Shown in pieces: positions 1 through 12,100 of a stretch of DNA of 64,000 nucleotides. This DNA is from Cycas panzhihuaensis. Its lineage: Eukaryota > Plantae > Cycadophyta. Every line of letters starts with the position of its first letter. The stretch's first letter is position 1. Location of the stretch: assembly GCA_023213395.1 (NCBI GenBank), contig CM041465.1:158169741-158233740 (forward strand). The letters are read 5' to 3'. A model generated the notes under the pieces. That model was not told the origin of the DNA and searched no databases. It saw only the letters and a program-made list of their open reading frames with translations. Both the position numbers and the translations under genes were made by a program.

Positions 1-1114
1 CAAAAGTAGCAACTCCAACTTGGCTCTGAAGTCACCCAAGTAAGCTTCAAAAGCTTCTAGTAGATAGATCTGCAGTGTGTTCTTCTCCAAAAAAAAAATT
101 GAATATGCTCCAAAGATTGTAGATCTATAGAAAACTTGAAAATATAATAAAAAAGTATGATGAAAAATATAGATCTGTAATGAAATACAATAGATTTGAA
201 CTAGATGTAGTAGAAAATGCTAAAAAACTTGATAACATAAGCAGATCTTAAGCTAAATAATGTAGATCTGACGTGAGTATAGTAGATCTATAGCCAAATA
301 ATTACATATCTAAACAAATATACTAGAAAATAGTGAAAAAACTTACTGAAATAAGCAGATCTATAGTAAAAAATAGTAGATCTGAGAAAATATTAAATAT
401 TTGAATAGAAAACAACTGTTAAATATTTATTAAAGTGAGTAGATTTGTAGACTATGTAGCAGATCTGAAGTGAAATGTAGTAGATCTTGAAGAAAACTTG
501 TATGAGTCTTGCTTGCAACTGAAAACCTTCGTAGATCTGCATAAATCTGAAAAATAGATCTAATAAATATTTATTAAACCATAAATATAACTCAATAATA
601 ATAATCAAAATCTACTGAAATAATATAGAAAACTTGCTGAAAATTTTCAGAAAATAAATATAGCTAATATATCTTGCTTGTAAGAAAATCTGACGTAGAA
701 TGCCAGTAAATCCTATTGCTCTTCTTCAAAAAACTTCACCAATAGAGATGCAATAGCCCAAAATCTTGCTCTGATACTAAATGAAGGAAAATATACTTAC
801 AGGAGAACAGGGCAGAACGTATATCAAATAACCATAAACCAATATTGCATCAATACATCAATATATCATAATCACAATAGCATAAAGCATAAAAACATTA
901 TTGTTCAATCTATTATAGTAGAAATGAGCATTACAAATTTCCAATAAGGAGGTAGTGTCTAGAGACACCAGGGTTGCACACCCCTTAATATTTATAGTTT
1001 GGGGGAGGAGAGAAACTCCTCAACCCCTGAATTTAAAATAATAATGAAATAATGTTAACTTAACTTAAATGAAACTAACTCAACTTACCTTAACTTACCT
1101 TGATATATTGAGCA
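1..1114 (-). mobile_element. 5' end (leader, PBS, 5' LTR) of an LTR retrotransposon truncated by the window start
   Basis: gctctgatacta at 768-779 is the reverse complement of the tRNA-iMet PBS TGGTATCAGAGC (1 mismatch). A TG...CA segment follows at ~782-1114. No partner LTR in the window, so the right boundary is approximate. Confidence 0.6.
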
Positions 1115-2250
1115 TCACATGTCTAAATTGAAGATGGTGAGATGTACAATCCTAGTTGGAAGGTGGGAGTGGAGTGATGACAATTAACTCTAATAATTAC
1201 TTGCTATGAACTTGAAATTATTAATTCTTCCTTAGCTTGAAATGACTAATCTACCTCCCATTCTAACCTTAAGGGTGGTTTGGGGGGGGCAGTGAATGGG
1301 TGTCCTTACAAGTAAATGTTTAAGGTTTTGAGGTATAAATTTGTTAATAAAGTTATATGTGTTTCTTGGGTGAACCAAGATAATAACTAAGTATTTCTAA
1401 ATAAATCCATGTAACTTTAAGGTGTTGGATCGAGTGAGGTATGTCATTGTTAAGAATAATATTTGAGGGATAACCTCTTCAAAACCTTGTAGATGCTTTA
1501 GAATAATCTTTGTATCACCTTCCCCTTCTACCTTCTCTTCTTCAATAAATTTCAACTCGATGGTATGTAATTGATTCTTATGACATTTATGTATTAAACC
1601 CTACTTATCTACACAATTTAAGTAAAGGCCTTTCTTTTATATGTATTCTTGTTTTGGTTATGATCTTTGTAATATCGGCCTAACTTGTTAGCTCAATCTA
1701 GTTGGGGGAAAGTTTGGATATACAAATGGTGGAATATAGAGACTTAGTTTGACTTTCACAATGGATTGATCTTATCTTCATATATTTTGGCCAACTACAT
1801 CATCTACTTGTATTTCTACTGCCAACTTGTTAATATATAACCAAATAAGCTTTATTGGTAGGAATATATTCTACCATATATACTAGTTTTATGAAAGCCT
1901 TATTTTCCTCTTCTATTGATAGTAATCATTTTAAGTTTGGTAATTCATAATAATAGTCTTCATTTATTATAGCCTCAAACCTTTTTATGAATAGTCAAGT
2001 GAACTCATATTATGATGGTAACTAGTTCCAATATGTAATGTGCTTTAGGTTTTACCACCATTCATAAATGATGTTATTAATATGGAGGATGGCCAATAAA
2101 AAATACTATTCATTGTCAATTTCCACTAATAAGAAGTACTACTCCATCTGTTGAACCCATACCCCAGGTTCATAAGACTTTTTCTCAACTCTGAAATTCT
2201 TGTGGCTATTTTCTCTACTTTCTTCTTATTCTACGCTTGGATGAATTTCA
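1115..2250 (-). pseudogene. Ty3/Gypsy gag-protease remnant
   Basis: Minus-strand translation gives GLYLNCVDK*GLIHKC (~1585-1630; Gypsy gag C-terminal GLCFNCDEKW..GHKC motif) and VIILVHPRNTYNFIN (~1340-1387; decayed LVDSGSTHNFI protease). Many stops. Confidence 0.7.
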
Positions 2251-3054
2251 AGTAATTGAAATATGCTTGAAATGCCACTACTTTTTAGTCTTTAACTGTT
2301 AGATTTTTATGATCATTTGAATATTATTGTATTAGCTCATTTAATAAGTCTATTTAATATTGGTCCTTTCTTGTAATATGGTCCTTGGATTTGCACTAAT
2401 TTTTATTATGGGACCCACTATTTTTATCATTATTAAATCTAAGCATGGTTTATCCTCTCTTATGACCCTAAAATAGAGTTGTTAGTGTATTGATCAATTC
2501 CTTGGTTAACTATTGTATCCCTTATTGCAACGTATGTTGTAACATAAGGGCCATTGTAAAGTTAGAATCATGTACTACTACCATAACTATTTTGATCACG
2601 GGGTAAATTATTCTTCTTCACTTTGCTTCTTCATAGATTGCTTGCCTTTTTTAGCCTAGTGCATGTAACTACTAGCCACTAATTCTCATCTACCTATGTC
2701 CTCTTCATACACACACCTTTATGCTATTGAGTATTCTCCCTAAGGTTAGTATGCCCATCATGTACTTTAACATATAAGTTTTAATCTGATTCATAATTTG
2801 TAAATCTATGGATTAAGAAATATTTATTAATTCTTGCATAGTACATCCTTAGTACTTGCTTTAACCTATATAAAGCTTTCTTAAACTTGTAAACAAGATG
2901 TTCCTTCCTATGTTGTTCAAATCTTTAAGGCTACTCCATGTAGACTTCATCCTCAAGAATTCCATTTAATAAGGCATTCTTCACATCTATTTAATACACT
3001 TGTTAGTTAGATTATTTTATTGTATTAATCAATAATCTAATAAGTATTATCTTT

Positions 3055-6000
3055 TGTTAAAAAATAAACTTGTAGAAAATAATTTTCATAGAACAAAATA
3101 ACATACCTCATGATTGGAATGGTACCCCTAAGGTATCTCAAATTTAATTAACACCAACAAAACATCTTTACAATAGATGCTTTATATGATACGATATATG
3201 TATATTTATAATACATGATATGATAGTGTATGGGACTCATCATTTGTGTGGGGCATAATAAACATATAATTACACACAAATGTGCATTACTAATATTCCT
3301 TGGGAACTATGAACTAAGTTATTCCAACACTCCCCCCTTAATGCACATTTGGGTCATTTGTATTTCCAACGCCTTGTTCTTGAAAATATCTTGAAGATGA
3401 TGTCTTAAACTTGATCCTTGCCTTCAATCTTGTAGCGATGTCTTTGTTATAGGATGATATCTTCAACTTGATTTTCATCTTCAATATTGAAATGAGACAT
3501 TTTTGTAAGCGTAAATCTTGATTCTTTATTGTGGCTGGTCTAGTTAGATTTTGATGTAGATCTTATAAATAACCATCTTTAAATACAACTTGCTTGTCAT
3601 TATTATCCTATATAAATTCTTGATCAACACATACAACAGTGATTTATTCAACCTTTGGAGTGAAATATTCATCAACTTGTATATTCTTTGAACTTGAATC
3701 AATACTCAAAGTAGGAACATCATTTAGACTTGAATTAATATGAGACTCATCTTTTATAGGACCATTAGAGTTATATTCAATTTTCTTTGAAATAATAGTG
3801 TAATCTAAATAAACTTCTATTGATTCATCACTGTCATCATCTTCAATAGTAGTAGTAATCTCATCAATGCATTCAACCATAGTCTCCTTATATTTAATAG
3901 AGATTTCATTAAAGCATTCTTGACACACTATTTAATCAATGTCAATAATACTCTCTTCATTCATTTTACTTGTATCATAACCATCACTAATCTTATTTGC
4001 CTTTTCAATCATTTATTGTATCTCTTTAGGAGTTTGTTCAAATATATCCCTTAAAAAATCCCAAGCTTTCTTGGCAGTACTTAAATGAAGAATCTTAAGA
4101 ATGAAAAAATGATATGCAGAAGGAAGCTCAACCTTATCTAATGTAGCAAGAATCATGATAAATGTCTTTTTGTCTTTTTTCTCAAGCATTTTCTTTTCTT
4201 CTTCATTCATAGGAATAACATATCCGTCAATAACAAATCTCCACTAGCCTTTAGCTATGAACAAACATCTTATTTTAATTGTCCAAAAGAAATAGTTTGC
4301 TCCATTATACTTAGGTATCAAAAGAATCATATCTCTTAAGTAATATTTATTTGTCTCATTAATATATATGGCCATGTCATTCTCCTCCATAATTGAAATT
4401 ATACTTCTAAACAACGTGTCTTTTTTTTTAATCAACAAACTCACCTAACATTAGTAACTAGTCCATTAATCATGCTCAACAAACTTTCTCACATCTCATG
4501 TCCCTCATATCACTAATTTCATCATCATATCATTACCTTATACATCTCTCATATCACCAAATAGTCACATACAAAGTGTATCTGAAACACTTACTTCACC
4601 ATCAAATCAAAGCCTCATACATATCACATATATCTCATAAAGAACACTTATGCCTCATGTTCCTATTAAAATACATCACACTTTACTTAGTTACCTTAAT
4701 ACTTAAAACATGACTCATGCCACATACATCACCATACAACAAACTCATCCATACATAAGCCCCTTTTACAATGCCAATGTTTGCTTGCTCTCTCTAAAAC
4801 ACAGTTCTTCTAATGTTAATAGCTCACTCTTTAATCATCTTACCTTCTTATCAATAAGTGAATCATCCATTGTCATTGTCAACTTGCATGACATATACTC
4901 TCATAAAATCACATGTAATAGGAGCATACCATTTCTTTATACCACCATCATATCACTCATTTTGTAATCAAACAATATCTTATACACATCACCATTGAAA
5001 ACAAAGCCCCATGACATGCCATACGCTTCATAATAGAAAATATGTGCCTACTTGCACCAAATACTACATCACATCCAATAATACTAAGAAGATCAAATAT
5101 ATTAAAGGCACCTTAAAATAATTAAAAAGAGGCCACTTAATATATAAATTCTTCCTTAATGTTCAATATATTAATCCAATATATATCACAGACAATCAAT
5201 CTTCAGTTACTTTGATAAATCAAATTCTGACTTAGAATGTATCATAAACAACTTTATTCAAACCGAGACACTTAAATATCCACCAATTGAATAAACATAA
5301 TGGAGACCATACGAAATGATGAATTAAATAGATAAATATACGAACTCGAGTGATTAAATGTTTGATTAAAATACCTTATATGCAAGGCCTGTATATTATT
5401 CCCACATCTATAATATAGGCATCTCTCCCACAGTAATCTATTCAAAACCCTTATCTATTTCTTGATAGCTACTTAGAACTAAGACACAAGCTATGTAATA
5501 GCAATATCATGTGAATAAAGCTATCAATAGACTTTGTGCTTCATCTATCCTAACCTATACTTTGTCGCTCTTGCAGGACGTGTTATGTCTCTTGTCTGGT
5601 AATGATCACAGCACATGTTGTTGATGCTCAATCAAATTTTATAATGATTTATGGTTAGCTCTATAGATATGTTGTAATCCCTTGTATTTTGAGATCTCTG
5701 CTATCAATATTAGTCACACTTATGGACTGTTATTAGGATATTGGTCTCATCATCAAAATGTTTTTCATTCTGTGTGAGGATTATTCATGTATGCGAATGA
5801 CAAGACTATTGTGTCTACCTAAATCCTCAGTTTTATGCATGTGAGATGGTTGTAAACCCCACCGATTGGAAGTACTACACTTGAAATCAAGCATGCCACA
5901 CCTCAACAACTCCTCCCACTTTAGTTACAAATGTTGGTCACCTCGCTTTGTGCTTTCTGTATTTTATGTATAGTATAGGCAACCATTACCACAACTAGTG

Positions 6001-7085
6001 ATAATATAGAAATCTCCAATGGTGACACAAATAGAATATATGTCTGGAAAAAAATGGACTAAATCAACATGCACAACCAAGAGCGATCAAACTACTAAGC
6101 CATAGGCATAGCAAATAGCCAATTATCATCTCATTTTATTGATTATTAATATCATACAGGTGATTATAATAAAACAGGTGACATCATATATTAATGCTAA
6201 TCTCATTGACATCAAACATATTCCCAGTTATAAATATATTACATCAGTTAGCTAAAATAATACTTTATCTTTTCTATGTTAAAATAATCACGGTAGTCAT
6301 ACTTGCAATCAATCTTCTGACAATCTACAATCAATCTTTTTGAGTAGCATATATTCAACCATATTATTGATCTATATTTTTTGCATTTGATCTCATAGCA
6401 ATTAGTATTGACACTGATTTGGTGTCTCTCCACATAGCTACAAGTTTTATTTCATCTAGTTGATCGATCTACAATATGAATTATATCTCCTCTAGCTCAT
6501 GAAGATAATGTCAAGTATAATAGTGCCACATATGCAATAGAGTAGTTTAGCTCCTAGGTACAAAGATCTTTGTGTAGTACACAAGTAACTTTAGTTTAGG
6601 TATATTAATGGATGGATAGACACAAAATACCAAAATAATCTCCACACAAGGTTAGGGTTTCATCCTAAATACCACCATGAGTTCATCAAGCCCATGAACA
6701 TAATCACAAGGCACTGACAAAACATGTGGTAGAAGGCAAATGATATAATCTACAATAATCACACAATAGGATCTCCATAAAACTTGCAAAACTTGTATGC
6801 TCTAAAACCATGTTGAAAAATAAACTTACAGAAAATAATATTCACAAAACATAATAGAATACCTCAAGATTAGAGCAGTACCCTTAAGGTACCTCAACTT
6901 CAATTAACACCAACAAAGCATCTTTACAATAGATACTTCATATGATACACTATATGTGTATTTATAATACATGATATGATAGTGTATAGGACCCATAATG
7001 CATGTGGGACATAATAAAAATATAATTACACACAAATATGCATTACCAATATTTCTTGAGAACTATGAACTAAGTTATTCCAACA
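3055..7085 (-). mobile_element. E1: non-autonomous Gag-only Copia-type LTR element (TR-GAG-like), 4031 bp
   Basis: 275-bp LTRs at 3055-3329 and 6811-7085 (TG..CA). TSD TCTTT at 3050-3054 and 7086-7090. PBS at 6799-6810 (gctctaaaacca), PPT at 3330-3339. No pol motifs seen inside. Confidence 0.92.
3644..4390 (-). pseudogene. gag: E1 Copia gag (DUF4219/UBN2-like) with acidic C-terminal tail
   Basis: ORFs 4244-4444, 4013-4210 and 3644-3928 share one frame, separated by single stops. Motifs IPKYNGANYFFWTIKIRCLFIAKG*W and STAKKAWDFL are typical Copia gag. D/E/S-rich tail; no zinc knuckle seen. Confidence 0.8.
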
Positions 7086-9180
7086 TCTTTTACACTAGAG
7101 GAAAGGTTTCTTCAAAGTCCACCCCTTTAATTTAAGTATATCCCTTTGTAGAAAGTTTAACTTTGAACTTATTTATTATACCATCTAAACAAAATTTTAT
7201 CTCATACACTCATTAACATCAAATTGGTTTCTTTCTTATGGGAAGTTCATCTGAATCTCATGCCTCATTTTTCATAATTGAATTATACTCCATCCTAACA
7301 TTTTTCTATTCATCTTTGTCTTTAGTTTCATCAAAAAAATTTGGCTCATCGTAGCTCAAAATATTAGACTTTAAGGAATAATTAATAAGATATGCTCTTT
7401 GTCTTTTTAGTTCTTTAGTATTAACCCCTTCAACTGTATTTATGTCTTCAATGGATAAATCCTAAACTAATTGCTAATATAACTTTGGTAAGTTTTATGA
7501 AGACCTCTCAAATATTTCTCCTTGCAAAGTCCTTTATGGATTTATGTTTTTTATACCATTATGAGGACCAATACTTCATATCTTGGCACTTGTCTTGGGT
7601 ACATTCTTTTCTACATATATAATTTGTATCTCAACTTCATTTCCACTATTTTTTTTTCACCTTTACTATAATCATACCTATAAAAAATGACATCTCTTCT
7701 TATTATCATTTCTCTGTTTGATGGATCAAATAGCTTGTATGCTTTGGATGTCTTATTGTATCCCTCATACACACATACACACATATTTTGTTACCTATCT
7801 TTTTTATTTTTAATATGAGATATGGGCATAAGCAATTCCCTCAAAAATATGTAAGTGATTTATAGATGGTTTCCTCTTAGTCCATGTTTCCTTTGGTGTT
7901 ATATCTCTAATTTCCTTAATAAAACTCATATTCCTCAAGTATATTGTAATATTGATAGCTTCACCTCAGCCATGATAAATATTATTGGCCTTCATCATAT
8001 ATTTGGCAAAATGTATAATAATTCTATTCTTTCTCTCTACCACATTATTCTATTGTGGTGTATAAGTTATTATGAACTACCTTACTATGCCTTATTCTTC
8101 ATAAAACTCTATGAAGTCAATTAATTTATATTCTCTACCACTATCACTTCTTAGGATTTTAATCATCCCTGAGAAGTTTTTTGTTATAGCCTTAAACTAT
8201 TAGTGTCTTTTAAATTCTTAAGACTTATACTCTAGAAGGTAAACCTATATCTTCCTTATGAAATCATCAATGATAGTCATGAAATAACAAGCTCATCTAA
8301 ATGGTGCCACAAAAAAATGTCAACACAAGTCATTGTGGTTTAACTCTAATTTTTCTTTGACTCTTCACCAATTCCTCATAAACTTGTCCTTATATTATTT
8401 ACAATGTGCATAAGTAAAATAATTGTCTTTTTCTTTCTACACTAATGGTAGACCATGCGCCATATTTAGTTTACCAAGCAACTTTAGCTCAAAATAATCC
8501 AAATGACCATAACAATCATACCATAAATTATTCATGGATTCCCTAATAATAAGCCCATTCTTAAGTACATGGGATAAGTTATATAGAACAATGTCTTATA
8601 CCCCTTGAGTAATAGTATTGTCACCACTCTTTATCATACACTTATCTTTACTAAATTCAACTTTTAAGTCCATCTTAGTTATCTATTAATAAAAATATTC
8701 TTAAATATAGCTATATATAGAATATCTTGTATCTTATTAGCCTCCTTGCTTGTCTTCAATATGACACTCCCTTATACTTTTACCTTATACTCATTGTTAT
8801 ATCCTAGTATAAAAATTCCATTATACTTATTAATATTTTAAAACTATTCATAGTTGAAAGTGATATGCTTAGTGGCTTTCGAATCTATTAGCTACATTAT
8901 ATCTTTTTAATCTCATGTGTATTAACTATAAAGAAAATATAGACATCCTTGTCATCTTTAAAGGATATATTTCTCATGACCTTTTTTTGTTCTTATTTAC
9001 CTTTGTGAAGTATTTTTTTAGTAATATGGTTAGACTTGCCATAATGAAAACATGTTATTTTCTTTCATTACTACTGCTATTTCTATTTAGTTTCATTTTT
9101 AATGTAAAGTTTTTCATGAAATACAAGTGGAGTGTGAGTGTAAGGTTTTTATTGTCATTTTCCCTTAGCATTTATTCATT

Positions 9181-12100
9181 TGGGATTTTGGTAGTCTTGG
9201 AAGAGTTTCCATCTCATGAAGAGAGAGGGAGGAAGGAGAACAAGTGATAGAATAAGATAAAATAATTGATTGGGACTAAAGCATAAGATGGTATGGAAAG
9301 ATAGACTGAATTGAGGAAGGAAAAAGGGAAATGAGGTGGATAAGCATGAGTGATGTGTAAATGCTCAAATATACCATGTTGCCACATGACCACATAGATA
9401 AGATGCATCATACCCATCATCAACTTGGGCTAATAGGTTAGGTAGGTATAGAAGTAGTCTATGGGGCTTAGAAGGAGGTATGTGACCAAGACATACTCCA
9501 ACCTAAAAAGCAAAAAAAAAAAAGATACAATATGCTAAATAAACAAGAAAACAAGTAGTAATAAATATCTATACTACTCCTAAGAGGAATAAACAACAAA
9601 TAAAAAATTCCTAGTAGGTGGGAGGTCCATTGGGGCAAAAGAGCCCTAGATGTCATTACCATTAGATACATCCTAGATATTAGTTCCCTAAAAGAGGACG
9701 CCCTAATATGCCCCAACCTATATGAGAAGACTGCATAGTACTATCTAGGAAGGAGTAATGGTGTTGATGAGGAAAGATACATAGAGAAATAGGACCCTCG
9801 ATTAACGACCTACAGTGAAGACTCCCTTATTTAGTAACAACTAACCTGTAAAAGTGGAAGGTCTAGGTATGCCCATATTTAATTCCATATAGTCTCTCTC
9901 CTAAGATATAAAAATAGATAGGAGAAAAGATAAATAACTACTCTTAATAAGACTAATGGTGCTCACTCAACTATCTAAACTACACACATGTACATGTAGC
10001 AATAATAGTTGCCTACCACTAGCCTTCTTGGAACATGATGAGAAGAATACTTTATGTCTTTGATGCAAGACTATCCATCGATGGATTAGGTCTAACCAAT
10101 CTAGTCCCTCCTCCAACTTAGTAGGAACTATATTTAAAGAGAAGTAATAACAAAGAGTGAAGTCTAATTATACAACTAACATGCACTTCTATTATATGAG
10201 AATAACAAATAGCCTATCCAAACATACTAAACAAGTGTAATAGAAAAGGAAACCAACAATTTTAAATAAGCAATCATGTAACATATGACACAAGTAAGAT
10301 GTGTACAACAACTACTAAGTCCTAAATACACTTATGCTTGGCCTCCCCTAGTAAATTGCATAAGAAAAATGACAAAGACAAGAGATAAAAGGGGTTGCCC
10401 TTTATTTTGTCTTCTTATTTTTTATTGTTTATTTTTATTTTTGGTTTTTTCTATATAATATGTTTTAGGATATTATGGGTAAAAAGTGCTCTGAGGAGAA
10501 AAATGTGTAAATGCAACAAAAGAGGAAAGGTTACTCAAAGGGACATTAGATGAACCCATTTTCTATGCAAAATCACAAAATGAATTTAATGTAAAAGTAA
10601 CACTACTTCTAAAGCTTAAAAGAAATTGGACAAATTACCTAAATAAGAGCCAACTAATAACTAATGAAACTTAAAAGCAAGAAATAGTTTAAAGACATGA
10701 AAAATCCAACTTCCAAAGAACTCACTTAAATAATAAAGTAAGCAACTCATATTTATGCTCAAAAGCCCAAGACATATCCTTCTAATATTAGCAGGTGAGT
10801 GGGGAGGTGAGGCAATACACATGCAAATCAAATAGGTGGAAGATGTGATAGGGATACCAGTCCCAAACAATAACAAAATCAAGGTGAAATCCTTTGATTC
10901 TAAGTCCAAACATAAGTGAAAAAAGAGGAAAATATGAACCTTAAGCAACAAGAAATAAATGAGAAAAAAATAATAAGCAAAATCTTAAGCAACTTCAATT
11001 TGACAATCAAACAAGCATGTTGTCAAATAAGCAAATCAGTCAAATAGTGATGAGGCAAAGAAAGGAAACTAATAATGAAACAAGAAGAATAAATGGCACA
11101 ATGAAGGATAAGGAAACTAAAGAGGGATCTCTAATCTTACATGAGGCAAGTAATGAGATGTACTTGTCCCTAATGAAAAGGTGAGGTTAACATAATAACA
11201 CTCCAAATCTCATAAGCAAACAAAGAAAGAGAGCATGTTAATGATGGATGTATTAGTGGAATAAAAGGAATGGAAATGAAAGTAATATAATAATAAAGTC
11301 ACCAAGAAATAATGTAAAACGCATCAATGAAGAGATCAATTCATTATTGGAGTAAATTGGGTAGTAGAGAAAATATCTTTGAAGAAGTGAAACCATTAAG
11401 AGAATGTTATAAGAGTGATGAATGTGGATGTGAAATCGCCAAAGAATAGAATCTCACATACTCTAAGTTATAAACAACTCTAATAAATATATGAAAGTAG
11501 CCAAATCTTCTCCACCAACAAGTACTAAGGAATGCAAACCAAGAACTTCTTCAAAGTTGTTAATCACTAATAATTAGAGTGTTAGAAGATGGAGTAGCAA
11601 AGGATGAAGTGACAAAAGATGGAGTGCCAATAGATGCCAATCAAATATACATTTGTAATTAAATTAGCTATTGTAGAACATAATTCTTATAAAAAGCCAT
11701 TATTTTTTTATCCTATGATATTCTCAACTGCATTAGGTTTGGGAAAAAACCCAAAATGGAAAGAAAAATATGAAGAAAATCTTAACTTTTTTGAAATTTA
11801 GAATGATGTAGTTAATACCACAAAACAAATACTAATACCACAAAATTATAATTGATGGTATACAAATTACATGATACCATAAAATTTAATTCACAGTACC
11901 ATAAAATTATTATATAGTATTGTAATAAATATTACATAATATTGTAAAAAAGTTATGATTTTTGCAACATCAATATAAACTTCATGGTACAATATTACAA
12001 AACTCTAAAAATCAAAAGAGACAAGCTTTCTAGGTGTTAAAAAAATAGTTTAAATGACTAACATAAGCAATAAATCACCTAGAGAGAAGGGGAATGAGAG

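Larger units (their letters stand above)
2740..9180 (-). pseudogene. Old Ty1/Copia gag-pol remnant (C0) interrupted by E1; no LTRs recognisable
   Basis: RT motifs at 2760-3000 (..LNGILEDEVYME, KKALYRLKQ) continue after E1 at ~7090-7130 (GVDFEETF). Integrase-like sequence at ~7700-8350; protease/zinc-knuckle-like sequence at ~8850-9060. Confidence 0.75.

Noticed and set aside
6640-6730. Minus-strand VLSVPCDYVHGLDE, vaguely like the PPR motif VLSACSHAGLVDEG
   Set aside because: Too short and weak, with no flanking PPR repeats.
9560-10360. Possible further copy of the C4/G3 leader module, and a possible tRNA-Arg-type PBS near 10345
   Set aside because: Only 5-7 nt partial matches with inconsistent spacing; too decayed to support.
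8915-10951. Hydrophobic F/L/I-rich ORFs (8915-9247, 9468-9716, 10661-10951; also 44825-45157) as membrane or Env proteins
   Set aside because: Expected translation of T-rich strands of LTR/UTR DNA; no Env-like position or motif.
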